NCBI RefSeq assembly: GCF_006345805.1 | Contig: NC_043006.1 | Coordinates: forward strand, 104,222,001 to 104,286,000 | Length of the DNA: 64,000 nucleotides | Reading direction: 5' to 3' | From: Octopus sinensis | Lineage: Eukaryota | In this document: positions 11,606-25,544 of the stretch, piece by piece | Layout: the number at the start of each line of letters is the position of its first letter | How positions within the stretch are numbered: the first letter of the stretch is position 1 | Program-made: the position numbers and the translations under genes | The notes under the pieces: generated by a model | Database searches by the model: none | What the model was told of the DNA's origin: nothing | The model's input: the letters and a program-made list of their open reading frames with translations, nothing else

Positions 11606-12757
11606 ATTTCGTCAGAAACTGACATACACACGTGCGGGATAAGACACACGTGAGCACCCATCAACACACAAAGCATAACATTTACAAACCTAATAAAAAA
11701 AAAATAAACATACAACAAAACCAAGGGAACACGCACACACACATACACACACACGCAAGATCACACACATACACAAACTACAAATACACGCATGCGCAAC
11801 ATGAAAGAGAAACAGATAGAATAGACACATTTGGGAGATAGGGACAGAGAGAGAGAGAGAGGAAAATGATAGAGTGGGAGAGCGATTTAGAAGAAGAAAT
11901 CATTCGTGTACACACGCGCTCTCACACGTCATCTGCGCTTGATTAAAAAATCTACCACCTTCACAAAGTGTTCTTTTAACAGCATGATTCATTATGCCTC
12001 CTTGACCCTTTTTAATTAACGATTTGTACTTTCCAGAAGCCCTTATTTAAACACCTGTACTTATGTAGTTTTGGGTCTAAGATCTGATTTGTATATATAT
12101 ATATTTGAGAGAGTTTTTTTCCCCTTTATTAAGCACATCTGCTTAATCTTCCCCTATTAAATACACCTGCTTCCCCTCCGTAGGGTGCCTGCATTCGTCA
12201 CTGACAAGTTCGCAGGTTTCTACTTGAAAGAACATCATAGCATGTATTGATTTCTAACTGAGTCACAAAGAGGCAACAAGGAAGTACAAGGAAGGTAATA
12301 AGAAAGATGGTAGACTGACAGATGGAGTGACGCTCATGGCTCGCTCGAGATCATTAAGCGTTGTAAATGAAGTGGACTGACTTTACCAGACAATGGAAAC
12401 GAGGTCGCAGCCTCTGTTTCACGCTGGCTTCATTAAAGTAAGATAACATTAGGCTTGCGAATAGCCGTCAGATAAGCTTCAATGAATCCTGCTTCTCACA
12501 GCGTTAATTTATGTTTACGTATGAACGTGTGTGTATGTGTGTGCGTGTGTATCTCTGTGTATGTGTGTCAATATGTATGGTTGTGCCTATGCTTTAATCT
12601 ATATACGCGTTTTAATGTATATGTATATACGCACGCACGCACACACACACACACATCTACGTGTATATTTTTACATATTTATATATGAATGTTCGTATTT
12701 GTATGCAGGTTTCTCTCTTTCTCTCTCATTCTCTCTGTATATAAACATAGGCATGTG

Positions 12758-12808
<51 letters not shown>

Positions 12809-13385
12809 TCTTTTAATCTTTTATATGTTTCATCCCCGAGGCTGTGGCTATGCTGGAGCACCGGCAGTGTAATCACCTTTTAGCTGGCCAATTCTATGTT
12901 ATTGCTTTTTGGTATAGGAGGGATTTCGGTACCGCTGTCCTCTTTTCAGTTTCCTGTATATGTATGTACGTGCGTAGCACATACATACATACATACATGC
13001 ATACATACATACATGCATACATACATATATCATACATACATGCATACATACATACATAGACACGCAGACACAGGCTCAGACATATACATACATACATTGA
13101 GAGGCTGGGATATGTAACACACTGCCTAAGTACTAATCTTGAGAAATTATACTTCTCAAAACCAGAGAGGAGAAAGCTGATTCAAAGACTACAAATTCAA
13201 ACCATCACTAAAACTGTAAAATCTGTAAAACTTTCCAGAAGGTATTTATTTAAGTATATATTCGCATGTCTAGACATGCAACTATATGCATGAGAATACA
13301 TACAAACAACAAAACATACAACTCTGCACATGCACTGACTCCAAATACTGCACATATACGCACATACATGCAAATACCCTTTTGG

Positions 13386-14480
13386 TGTCGAAATTCTAAT
13401 GAAGGAGCCGTGGATCTAGGTTCGAAACCGACTCTTTATTGGTTAGAAGTTGTGAAATAAAACTGAACAACGACATACATGTATAGACTCAAAGCATTGC
13501 AGCATTTTCTCGGAACTGATCGTTACGTATTCTTCCTACTGGTAGCTGACTGAGGTTATCAATATACAGACTGACATTTCTGCAGGTCCCAAGGTACCTG
13601 CAGGATTTCTGCTTTCTAAAACAGAGATTCAGTATAAGTGAATCTCATGTTGCTTCTTTGGGGTGTTACGCAACAATGCTGCGGAATCACTCCACTCCTC
13701 AACACTAAATAATTTGATGATTCTGAACTGATTGGTCGAAGAGAGTTGCTTTTCTTTTTCCTGTAGAGCCCTACTGATAAACCGACTTGCTCCTCCTCCA
13801 AATCACCTTGAACATGTAACAGAACTTGTGGAATACCCTTACACATTACTTGTATACCTTGTAAGGTACCCCACTCTGTTTTGGTGGTGAACATCTTGCT
13901 TTCTGACCAGCTTCTGGACCGCTTTTTAGCTAGGCACTTTTCCACAGAATTCCAGAGCTGATGCAGGCGATTAATCAAAGACTTCAATTGGCCTAGAATT
14001 TAGTCTGTGAACTCATACCTGAAATTTTTTCCAGGGAGTTTGTCGATCTCAGATTTATAGGAGATGAATTGACGACTACACCTCTTCCTCAGTAACAGTA
14101 TCGCAAACCCACATATGCACAAGACAGCTCGTTCCTCACACTCTGATTTCTATGTCACTCAGTTCCCCACAAGAGCAGAAGGATGTCCCTCTTCTGCATA
14201 AGTATCTCACTTTCCCTCAGTTTCCTCCTTAATTTGCCTCCGATATCTTCAGCCTTCTTCCTGGGCTGAATATTCTTATTAGACGTCGTGCTGCTCGCAG
14301 TGTAGGGAAGATTCACTGCTCTCTTCACCAGCATGAATCAGTTACAAACCGATGATGAAGGGCGTGTTATCTAGACGCCAAGAACAATACCATCTTTGCT
14401 TCCAAGATTGGATCGTTTACTCCATCCTCATGAACTGGACCCACTTCATGTTAGCCTGAGTCACCTTTAAACGACGATGT
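13386..14480 (-). mobile_element. Possible decayed LTR-retrotransposon fragment
   Basis: Non-repetitive, coding-like composition. Minus strand ends AATAAA..TTTCGACA, and a frameshifted GPYKVIQV-like string is present. No clean domain. Confidence 0.25.
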
Positions 14481-14591
14481 TCTGTTAGCCTGAGTGGATC
14501 AAATGCTTGCGACAGCACGGAGTGGTTTCAGGAACAGAGTTAACTCTGAGCTTAGCTTCTCCTGCGTCACACCACTGTTGGGTTCTCTGTA

Positions 14592-14809
14592 CTGTGGGAC
14601 TAATACAGCCTTCACAGACGTACACGCGGGAACCGTGTGTTTACGGGGACGTAAACACACCAACACCGGTTGTCAAGTCGTAGTAAAGGACAAACACAGA
14701 CTGTGGGACTAATACCGCCTTCAGAGACGTACACGCGCGAACCGTGTGTTTACGGGGACGTAAAAACACCAACACCGGTTGTCAAGTGCTGGTGAAGGAC
14801 AAACACAGA
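14592..14809 (+). repeat. Tandem duplication of a 109-bp unit containing a SINE B fragment
   Basis: 14592-14700 and 14701-14809 align end to end with scattered substitutions. Confidence 0.9.
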
Positions 14810-14822
14810 TATAAAGATACGT

Positions 14823-14859
<37 letters not shown>

Positions 14860-15478
14860 GGTTTAATTTAAGTTTGTGTTTCTATTGCCTGTAGTTTTGT
14901 GGATCGATAAATTAAGAAGAAAAATAAGTAGCAAACTGAAATTAAAAAATTACGGAGAGGTTGAGTACCGAAAACGTTTTGGTTGCTTCATTGTGGGTGT
15001 TGTATAATAACCGACACTAGTAAAAGAAAAAAGTATAAACCTTTATACACACAGACACACACACAAGCCTACAGACACAAGTGGTTGGGTGAGGGTAAAT
15101 TATTTCAATCAGAACATATATTTCTAAAAATTTATTTCATAAATTATTCTTTTGCAATACTTTAGTCGTTGGCTTCTGGTTGGAACCCCCAGGTTTTCTG
15201 CACTGAAAGAGCCTGGCTAAGAATCAATGCGGTTACGTGACACAACCCGGACACCTTGCTACTATGTTATAACACCAACCAGCATGTTGCAGAGGGGGTT
15301 TAAAGATTCAAGGGTTCATAAAACCGACAGCGAAAATCGACTTAATCTACTTGACTTTCTTTGTGTGAATTTAGAAATGGACATCTTATATTGAAATTCG
15401 GTTTACCTAAAGCAATAGTTTTTGCTTTCACTTTATAAAAATAGGTTAGAATATATTAAATACAAATACTAATTGATA

Positions 15479-16653
15479 TTGGGTTGTCTAAAAATTACGT
15501 TCGGTTTCCAAGCACTCAGAAGTAACCAACTTCAGTCTGCCTCTTGCGCATGTGCACTCACTAAATACTTCACACTACATCGTAGTTCGACGCGAACTTG
15601 CAACGCGTGAGATTGATTGTATTTTGTGGGTTTAGGATTACCTGAAAGTGGAGAACCAAAATGAACATTATCGACACCGTGTGATTTTTTAAGTTTAAAA
15701 ATAGCGACAAAGCAGATGAATTCCGCAGGAAGATATGCTCTATGGACGGAGAGGATGTGGCGGAAGGTGTGTGCCAAAGTGGTTTTTCGCTCGAGAAATT
15801 TTTCGGTTCACTACGCAACTCTGGCCGGCCAACTGCGATAAATAGCAACAAAATGAAAGAGTTAGTCGCCACCAATCGTCGTTATATGACCAGGATGATT
15901 GCAAACATTCTACAAATATCCAAATCAAATATTGAAAAGCATCTGCCTCAACTTGGTTGCATCCGCAGGTCCGATGTTAGTTCCCACATCAACTGAATGA
16001 CGCTAATCTCACCCAACAGATTTTTATCTGCTATTCGTTGCAGAAACTTGAGGAAAACGATCTTTTTTGAAGAGAATCTCACGGGGGATAGAAATGGATC
16101 ATTTATAACAATGTGAAGCGCAAACGACCACGAAGAAAGCGCGATGAACCACCACAAACAACTTCCAAATGTAGGACTACACCTGAATAAGGTTACACTT
16201 TCAATTTAGTGGGATTGGAAAGGTGTTATCTTTCACGAGCATCTTCCCACAGTCCGTACCATCAATTCGGATGTGTACTGCGACTCGCTGGACAACTGAA
16301 GTGCAGGGATCCACCAGAAGCGTCTAGTATTTGCTTACTGTAAGGGCATTGTCTTCCCTAACTACAATGACAGGCTGCAAACTTCTACTTCGGCCTTACA
16401 CCTTCGGATCTCCACCTGTTTGTCTTCAATAATATGTGTCACTGGACACATTTAACTATGAATAAAAATTCACCTAGAGTTTTTCGCCAGTAAAGACAGG
16501 AAACTTAAGGAGCAGAAAATAACGGATCTGCCCACAAGATGGCAGAAGTTATTGGAACAAAACAGTAATTATATCATTGATTGTATAAACCGCTTTGGAT
16601 TTAAAATCTCTTGATTTCGCTTAAAAACCGAACAGACTTTTGGGCCAACCCAA
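15479..16653 (+). mobile_element. Old mariner element, mellifera-like
   Basis: Degenerate TIRs TTGGGTTG..GTTCGGTTT at both ends with TA flanks (15477-78, 16654-55). Remnants ENQNEHYRH, SGRP, VPHQL, EKWIIYNNVKRKR, WDWKGVI. Confidence 0.85.
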
Positions 16654-17329
16654 TATGAATGATGTATCAACTTCGTAAAAAAAGATTAAAATGTCGATTT
16701 GATATCGAGAAGTTAATGCAATTTAATAATTGAGAATGACGTCTGCAATAACTAATATACAAATGAGTGTAGCAGCCTGTATCGAAATTAACTTTCTGTG
16801 GTGTCATTATAAGTGCAACCATTATTTCTGTCTATCACAGAGACTATCCCTCCCAACACTAAGTAGACTGACGTCAACAAATCACCCACTATAACCAAAA
16901 TGAGATGAAACCCGAAACGAATTTCATTTGCCTCTCTCGCGAAATATGGAGCTGCACTAACGTTGGGAGTAACAGTTATGCGATTCATCGGATACTACAC
17001 ATGAAGGAGAAGGACAGTTTGCTTTCAGCTTTAAAGTCAATAGGGTGTTCGAGTTAAATTTGACAAATTTAGGAATAGCTTGGTGTATTGGGGAACAGTC
17101 AACGGCGTTTGAGAGCATAAGGATTAACGTTGCTGCTGTGTCATGATTTACGTCGGGTATCAAAATGCCGACATCAGTTCTACTGTTCAATTCTCTTGAA
17201 TGCTGTAAAGGCTGTTAGACGTCACATGGACAGGTGCAAGGGAGACAAGGCCGTGGTCTGCATGAAGGGACACAGCAGGTGTTTCTGACTGCTTCCGCAC
17301 GCCAGAGTTTATCACGTCATCTTTGAATA

Positions 17330-17813
17330 GGCCCTTAGCTCAATTAAGACGGGTGAAGCTGCTGGAGACTGTTCAATCCCTAGCTGGTGATAGTTGCCCA
17401 ATGACGTTCATATATATATAGTAGCAGGATTCTACTTCTTGGTACACCTTCTAAAAAAGTCGGAAGTAGTTGTCGGAGAATTTCTGGCCTCCTAACTGCC
17501 CCTATTGTAATCCCATAGATTTACTATGTGAGGGGCGCGGTTGAGAAAGACATCAACTGTTCTTCCTGCTGCACCAAGAGCAAGTTTGTACCAAGATCAA
17601 AAAGGTATTCGAAGATCTTCCAAGGGACACAGTGAGGAACGCTTGGACCAGGTTCCAGAGCCGTCTTGAGGCCGTGGTGGAAGCTGAGGTCGGATACTTT
17701 GCATAAACTGGTATCTCCTATCCATAATTTAGTTTAAATTTTTTTTTTAATACTTTCCTTTTTCGGATATTTTTTTAATTTCCCATTTATACAAGTTTTA
17801 CCCGAACACCCTG
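17330..17813 (+). mobile_element. 3' fragment of a maT/rosa-like Tc1-mariner element
   Basis: QQDS.., WPPNCP..NP.D, RLEAVVEAE. Ends CGAACACCCTG-TA. Confidence 0.75.
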
Positions 17814-17983
17814 TATTCGTTTCTTCTAGGGATGTCCCTATGGAAAGCATTAAAAAAAATATTAATCAACAACTTTGTAATTCAAAGGGTTCCCTATATT
17901 AAACAACGGGTAGGCCTACCACATGAATACAGTTAATTATCAAGATCGATACAGATTGTTACAAGAAATTGTATGTTTGTGTG

Positions 17984-19409
17984 TGTAACTATATATGTAT
18001 ATATGATTGCCTGTGCGTAACTATGTGTGTATATATGATGTTTGTATCTGTGTGCGATGTGTGCGATGAGTGCGTGTGTGTGCATGTGTGCGCGTGCGTG
18101 TTACAGAGTGTATGAGTAGAATGAAATGCTTACCTATTTCTCAGCTTAATCATCGAAGAAAGGAAAAATTTGTTGCTGGGCCTTAAAGGGTTGAAAATTT
18201 GGAACCTGCATTTTCCCCTTTTCCGTTTTAACATATGTTTTCTATTTAAAACAAAACTCTCACACACAAAAGTTCTCGTTGTAAAGGCAAAAGTAAACCA
18301 ATGATTCGTTTATATAAGTTTTCGTTTATGTCATATTACAACTAAATTTTTAAGTCTCATTCGAACTCATATAACATACTTTCTTGTTATGTCCCTATCT
18401 ATGTAAGATCGCATGATTATAATAAAGATTTATACTCATCTAATAGTCGGTGAAATATTTCAATGCTGGAAGGATTATAGACAACGTTATCTATAAATCC
18501 AGTGTTGGTGTCTGCTGAGGCATTTAAACAAAAACAAACTTGTGCCGTGTATTTATAAGAAAAGTCAGCACATTATGACGTCACAATAGAAGTAAAGCAA
18601 AATTTCCAATCAAAAAATGAGAAGAAATTAAATTCACCGATTTTAATTACCTCCCTTTAATTTTCTGTATTGAAAAAACATGAGTGAAATGACATCATAA
18701 TAGACTCACCCCTCCCCCAATTTTACAAAATGTTTTCCTTCTTGAAAACACAGAAAATTATTAAAATATTTGTAATGCAGTGTTGTGAAAGTAATTTTTA
18801 TTTAAAAGATGACAAAAGAAGAACATATAATTATAGTAATTGTTACTAATATTCATACCAAACCAGAAATTTGCGGGCGAGTAGGGGGTTAACTGATTCA
18901 ATCAATTCTCGTTTTTGAGTCGAACAGTATTTTAACAACGTGGAGGCGCAATGGCCCAGTGGTTAGGGCAGCGGACTCGCGGTCATAGGATCGCGGTTTC
19001 GATTCCCAGACCGGGCGTTGTGAGTGTTTATTGAGCGAAAACACTTAAGGCTCCACGAGCTTCCGGCAGGGGATGGTGGTGATCCCTGCTGTACTCTTTC
19101 ACCACAACTCTCTCTCACTCTTACTTCCTGTTTCTGTTGTACCTGTATTTCAAAGGGTCGGCCTTGTCACTCTCTGTGTCACGCTGAATATCCTCGAGAA
19201 CTACGTTAAGGGTACACGTGTCTGTGGAGTGCTCAGCCACTTACACGTTAATTTCACGAGCAGGCTGTTCCGTTGATTCGGATCAACCGGAACCCTCGTC
19301 GTCGTAACCGACGGAGTGCTTCCATCATTTTAACAACACAGAAAAGATGACGGCAAAGTTGATAGCGGGATTATTTTTTTCACTCTTTATTTCATGTGTA
19401 TGTGAGTAT

Positions 19410-19465
<56 letters not shown>

Positions 19466-19578
19466 TATACATATATATACATATATAAATACATATTTAT
19501 ATGTATATATTTGTATATATATATACATTTGATAGCGGGATTTTTTTTTCACTCTTTATTTCATGTTAATGTGAGTAT

Positions 19579-19620
<42 letters not shown>

Positions 19621-19980
19621 ATAATATATAATATATATATATTATATATATATATACATATATATACATATATAAATACATATTTTATGTATATATTTGT
19701 ATATATACATTTATATATAAATATACATATATGTATTATATACATGTATATATGTATATGTACTTGTATATATATATATATTATATACATATAATACACA
19801 CATATATATATATATATATATACATACATGCATACATACACAACATACATATATATATATGATATATATGTATTGTGGTATGTTTGTATGTATGCATTTA
19901 TATATATATATATATTATATATATACATATATATACACAGACATATATATATATATATATACATACATGCATACATACAA

Positions 19981-20030
<50 letters not shown>

Positions 20031-20093
20031 ATGTATGTTTGTATGTATGCATGTATGTAATATATATATATATATATACATATTGTGTGTGAA

Positions 20094-20127
<34 letters not shown>

Positions 20128-20259
20128 CAAATACATATACATATATACATGTATATATATACATATATGTATATTTATGTATATGTATATATAAATGTAT
20201 GTATATAAATGTATACATATAAATATGTATTTATATATGTATATATATGTATATATATG

Positions 20260-20290
<31 letters not shown>

Positions 20291-20299
20291 TAATATATA

Positions 20300-20368
<69 letters not shown>

Positions 20369-21392
20369 ATACTCACATACACATGAAATAAAGAGTGAAA
20401 AAAATAATCCCGCTATCAACTTTGCCGTCATCTTTTCTGTGTTGTTAAAATACTGTTCGACTCATAAACGAGAATTGATTGAATCAGTTAACCCCCTACT
20501 CGCCCGCAAATTTCTGGTTTGGTATGAATATTAGTAACAATTACTATAATTATATGTTCTTCTTTTGTCATCTTTTAAATAAAAATTACTTTCACAACAC
20601 TGCATTACAAATATTTTAATAATTTTCTGTGTTTTCAAGAAGGAAAACCTTTTGTAAAATTGGGGGAGGGGTGAGTCTATTATGATGTCATTTCACTCAT
20701 GGTTTTTCAATACAGAAAATTAAAGGGAGGTAATTAAAATCGGTGAATTTAATTTCTTCTCATTTTTTGATTGGAAATTTTGCTTTACTTCTATTGTGAC
20801 GTCATAATGTGCTGACTTTTCTTATAAATACACGGCACAAGTTTGTTTTTGTTTAAATGCCTCAGCAGACACCAACACTGGATTTATAGATAACGTTGTC
20901 TATAATCCTTCCAGCATTGAAATATTTCACCGACTATTAGATGAGTATAAATCTTTATTATAATCATGCGATCTTACATAGATAGGGACATAACAAGAAA
21001 GTATGTTATATGAGTTCGAATGAGACTTAAAAATTTAGTTGTAATATGACATAAACGAAAACTTATATAAACGAATCATTGGTTTACTTTTGCCTTTACA
21101 ACGAGAACTTTTGTGTGTGAGAGTTTTGTTTTAAATAGAAAACATATGTTAAAACGGAAAAGGGGAAAATGCAGGTTCCAAATTTTCAACCCTTTAAGGC
21201 CCAGCAACAAATTTTTCCTTTCTTCGATGATTAAGCTGAGAAATAGGTAAGCATTTCATTCTACTCATACACTCTGTAACACGCACGCGCACACACGCAC
21301 ACACACGCACTCATCGCACACATCGCACACAGATACAAACATCATATATACACACATAGTTACGCACAGGCAATCATATATACATATATAGT

Positions 21393-21396
<4 letters not shown>
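17984..21396. repeat. 3.4-kb near-perfect palindrome (inverted duplication)
   Basis: 17984-18939 plus 19338-19414 (1033 bp once the SINE and one TSD are removed) is the reverse complement of 20364-21396 (1033 bp), with about four substitutions. Symmetry continues into the TA-rich centre. Confidence 0.97.
18940..19326 (+). mobile_element. Full-length tRNA-derived SINE family C with 11-bp TSD
   Basis: A box TGGCCCAGTGG, B box GGTTTCGATTCC. ATTTTAACAAC at 18929-18939 and 19327-19337. Single-copy empty site at 20441-20451 in the other arm. Confidence 0.95.
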
Positions 21397-21469
<73 letters not shown>

Positions 21470-21498
21470 CATACATATATATATATACATATAATATA

Positions 21499-22390
21499 CG
21501 GGGTACGGTGAGTAAACATTCGTCTAGATAATGCAAAAATTGGAAATAATACTGACATCTCATTTTAACAGATCTATTTACCCAAATTACATAAAAATAT
21601 CTTGAAATACTAAAGAGTAAATTTCTTCAATAAAATCACCATTCGCTTCAACCACGGCCTCCAGACGACTTCGTAATCTCCTGCGACTCTTCTAGATAGT
21701 TGCTATGTTCACGTTGGTGAATGATACCATAATCCTTGTCTTCAGTTCATATTTAGTGTTACAAGGAGTTTTGTTTGTCTCTCGTTAAACTGCGCCCCAC
21801 GCATAATAATAAAGGGTTTGCAGTCTGGGGAGTTAGGTGGGCAGGTGTTAGGGGTGAAGTAGTCACAGAAATTATCTGACAGCCATGACAGTGTTCTCCT
21901 GTTTGTGTGGCATGGTGCAGAGTCCTGTCGGCAGAGATAGGCTCTTCCAGCAGCCACCCAGGCTCTTCCAGCAACCACCCTCTTGACCCAAAGCAGCACT
22001 ACTTCCTACAGGTAGTTGATGTAGGCCTCCGTGTTGAGTGCGAGGCCATGTGGGAAGATAAATGGAAGTGCCGTCACGCCAAACACCTTGAGGTTGACTG
22101 GATGTTTGATTCTTCTCACTCTCGGTACATGTTTTGGGGACACGGCAAACACCCAGATTGTCACCCAATCACTCAGAAATGTTCGTATTGAGCCTCCGGC
22201 GCGAATGCCAAGCAGTACAGCGTGTCGTTTCCAAATGTCTGGCAGAGTGAATTGTGTCATGGTGCTGTTTTTATCACAAACGGTACCCAGCTGACTTACT
22301 ATACTGTATAATTGACAAAATGCAAAACAAAGTAAGTGCATGCGCGAAATAAAAAATATAAAATGGCAACAGTTTACCCATCGCACCTTA
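21499..22390 (-). mobile_element. Internally deleted maT/rosa-like element
   Basis: RQDSAPCHT, PPNSPDC, RLEAVVEANG on the minus strand. Degenerate 19-bp TIRs (13/19) at 21499-21517 and 22372-22390. Confidence 0.8.
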
Positions 22391-22412
22391 CTTATATATA
22401 TACATGTGTAGG

Positions 22413-22452
<40 letters not shown>

Positions 22453-22509
22453 ATTTTATCTTACCGTTTTTACCAATATATATATATATATATATATATA
22501 TACACGCAC

Positions 22510-22574
<65 letters not shown>

Positions 22575-22606
22575 TATACATATATATGTATGTATGTATG
22601 TATATA

Positions 22607-22958
22607 GGTGCAGGCGTGGCTATGTGGAAAGAATTTTGCTTGCCAGCCACATGGCTCCGGGTTCAGTCCCACTGCGAAGCACTTTGGGCAAATGTTATCT
22701 GCTGCAGTTTCGAAAGAAACCTATCCTATATATATATCTGTGTGCACGTGTGCGTTTGTGTCTTTGATCCCCAACACCGCTTGACAACCGGTCTTGGTGT
22801 GTTCACGTCCCCGTAACGAAGTAGTTCTGCAAAAGAGACCGATAGAACAAGTACTAAGCTTAAAAAATAAGTCCTGGTTTCGATTCATTCGACTAAAGAC
22901 TTTCAATGTAGTGCTCCAGCATGGTTGCAATCAAATCACTGAAACAAGTGAAAGAATA
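22607..22958 (+). mobile_element. SINE family B, full length
   Basis: Head, internal TA/TG tract, tail GTGCTCCAGCATGG..CTGAAACAAG. Confidence 0.85.
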
Positions 22959-22995
22959 TATATATATATAATATATATGTATGTGTGTGTGTATG

Positions 22996-23026
<31 letters not shown>

Positions 23027-24183
23027 TTTTAACAACGTCGTACTACTCATATAGAATCAGCGTTTGACTGCTAATTTCTACTGCCGCTAATTATTGTAGA
23101 ATCAGCTTCTTGAGGTGTCTAGTATAATGCAGATAGAGGATCCCCTGGCTACAAGTTACTTGGAAGAATTGGTACTCTAAATAATTCTCCTCTGTTAGCA
23201 CCATTGCCTGTTTCTTTGATGATGCCGTTAGCGGAATTGACATAATTGCAGACACTCAACTCAAGTCTCCTGTTTGGAGAAAAATTCCTGACTTCAACCT
23301 ACCTGCGAGGAAGACTTTAAGACAGAACGAGAGAGGGAGAAGAGACGGAGAGAGAGAGATAGAGAGAGAGATAGAGAGAAAGAAGGATTATAGGAACGAC
23401 TGATCTCTCCCTGACTGAACGTTAAGATAAATTCTGAATAAGAAACCTGTAGACTTAGCCCAGGAATCTGTTTACGTCATACAGCCTAAAACAAATTCTT
23501 CAAATAAAAATTATTAACGCCTGTTCCAAATTGATTGACGAAATTATACTAACCCCCAAGCACAACAGATTACATGTGCAAAGGAAGTTTTATCACTAAG
23601 GTATACTAAGTTCTAAAACTAAAACCTGGAGATATAGTGCAATGAAGTTCTTTACTCAGCAGTAAGAAATCGATGTATGGCTCCAAGATTGATTATTTTA
23701 TCGAAAGAGAAGAATTGAAATATAAAGAAGCAGATTCGTAATTAGAACGAAAACATGACTATATATCCTTTCTACAAACGGCCCATGACCTGAAGTTTTA
23801 GGAGAGGGGTTACTATTCAACTGGTACTATTTTATCGATCCGTAAAGAATGAAAGGTAAAATCGATCCCGTAGGGTGAACAGGAAGTCGATTTTCAAAGT
23901 AAATGTTGTCCCTGATTTACCAGCTTCAAATTGCGACACCGCGTCACCTTCCTTGATCAATCGCAGCCCACCTTACGGTAAAAACAATTCCACTTCTCTC
24001 ATTCAAATTCAAAATGGCTGTGGATTAGCATCACGCTTGAAACTTGGAGTACCAACTATTTTAAATCAAACTGGTTTGATCCATCCATCCATCCACCCAT
24101 GCATACATACATACATACATACATACATACATACATACATACACACATACATACACACATACATACATACATATACATATATA

Positions 24184-24288
<105 letters not shown>

Positions 24289-24296
24289 CATATATA

Positions 24297-25544
24297 TAAA
24301 TGATACGGTTTTTTAAATACTCCTTTTATTTTTCAAAATTAAAGTTCTTTTTGATCTAAAATATATTCTCCTTCATTTTCTGCAATGACCTTCCGTCTAT
24401 CTATCCGACTTGCAAGGCTCCTCGTCAGCAATTGCCTTGTCCGTGACGAAAAATACTCCTCCATTACTGATCTGACCTCGTTTACAAAATTCATATCTTC
24501 TCTGCCCTCGACGATTTTGAAGACTGCAGAATAAATGATAATCAGATGGGCGCATATGGTGGGTGTGACATCGTTTCCCATTCAAACTGCTCCACCTTTT
24601 GGAATGTTATCCTCGCTGTATGTGGCCGGGCATTAATGGAAGAACACCTTTCGTCTTGATACCAAAGATGGTAGTTTTTCTTTTAGCACTGAGTGGAGCC
24701 GTTCAAGCTGCTCGCAGTAGATCTCCTTTGTTACCATTTGGTGTGGGTTTAAAAGTTCAAAGTGGACAAAACCTTTCAGATTTCAGCAAACAGGTAACAA
24801 CACCTTATATGGGTGAAGACCTTCTTTAGCCTGGGTGGCTTGTGTCTATCCTTTCCCTACCCAGTCTTCGGCGCTTGGTATTTTTATAGAGAACGTATTT
24901 CTCGTCATCGGCTACTATTCGCTCCAATAAAGGTTCATTCGTGAGACGTGACAGTACAGAAGAGCACACGTTCAATCTCTGCGCCCGATTAGGTTCGGAA
25001 AGATTGTAAGGAACCTATTGACCCAATTTGCTGACTTTTCCGATGGCACGCAGGTATCGATGAATGGTTGAATGACCAAATCCATGCTTTACTTCTAGTT
25101 CCTCAAGAGTTACGATGCGATTTTGATCCACCAAGGTTTTTCAGGACAGCCTCGACTAGCTCCACAGACCTTTCAGGATAAGGTTCCTCTTCTAGGCTTT
25201 AGTTTCCAGCTCGGAATTTCTGGATCCTCAGTTGGCACTGGCTTACGCTTATTGTCCGATCTCCATCTACTGCATTAATACTCCTCGCACTTTCCTTTGC
25301 ATTCTTGACTTTATTGAATTCATAAAGCAAAATATGCCGAATATGCTCCTTTGTCACTTCCATTATAGCTTTGAAAAAAATAACTGTTAAAATCGAACTG
25401 CAATCTTCAAAACTTGCTCTGAGAATAAGAAGGTAAAATCACTACCTGCTTTTATAGCAAATTGATGCAGGTACTTAATCCTGTCCCCATCCAAATTTTA
25501 ATTCATGGAATTGAAAAACCCGCGTTATTTATGAGATCACCCAA
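24297..25544 (-). mobile_element. Mariner element with decayed transposase (ATG at 25363)
   Basis: MEVTKEHIRHILLYEFNK..QKFRAGN*..GQ*VPYNL..ADDEKYVLY..HPPY..SDYHLFCSLQN. 5' TIR TTGGGTGATCTCATAAATAACGCGG with TA at 25545-46. Outer half of the other TIR lost in (TA)n. Confidence 0.9.

Noticed and set aside
18940-19015. tRNA-like sequences here and at 39621, 57911 and 61585
   Set aside because: SINE heads: A/B boxes are present but no complete cloverleaf with acceptor stem, and they continue into SINE bodies.
23100-23310. Possible minus-strand exon after a (CT)n-CAG acceptor
   Set aside because: All three frames from the CAG hit stops within 16 codons; the remaining short ORFs have no recognisable homology.
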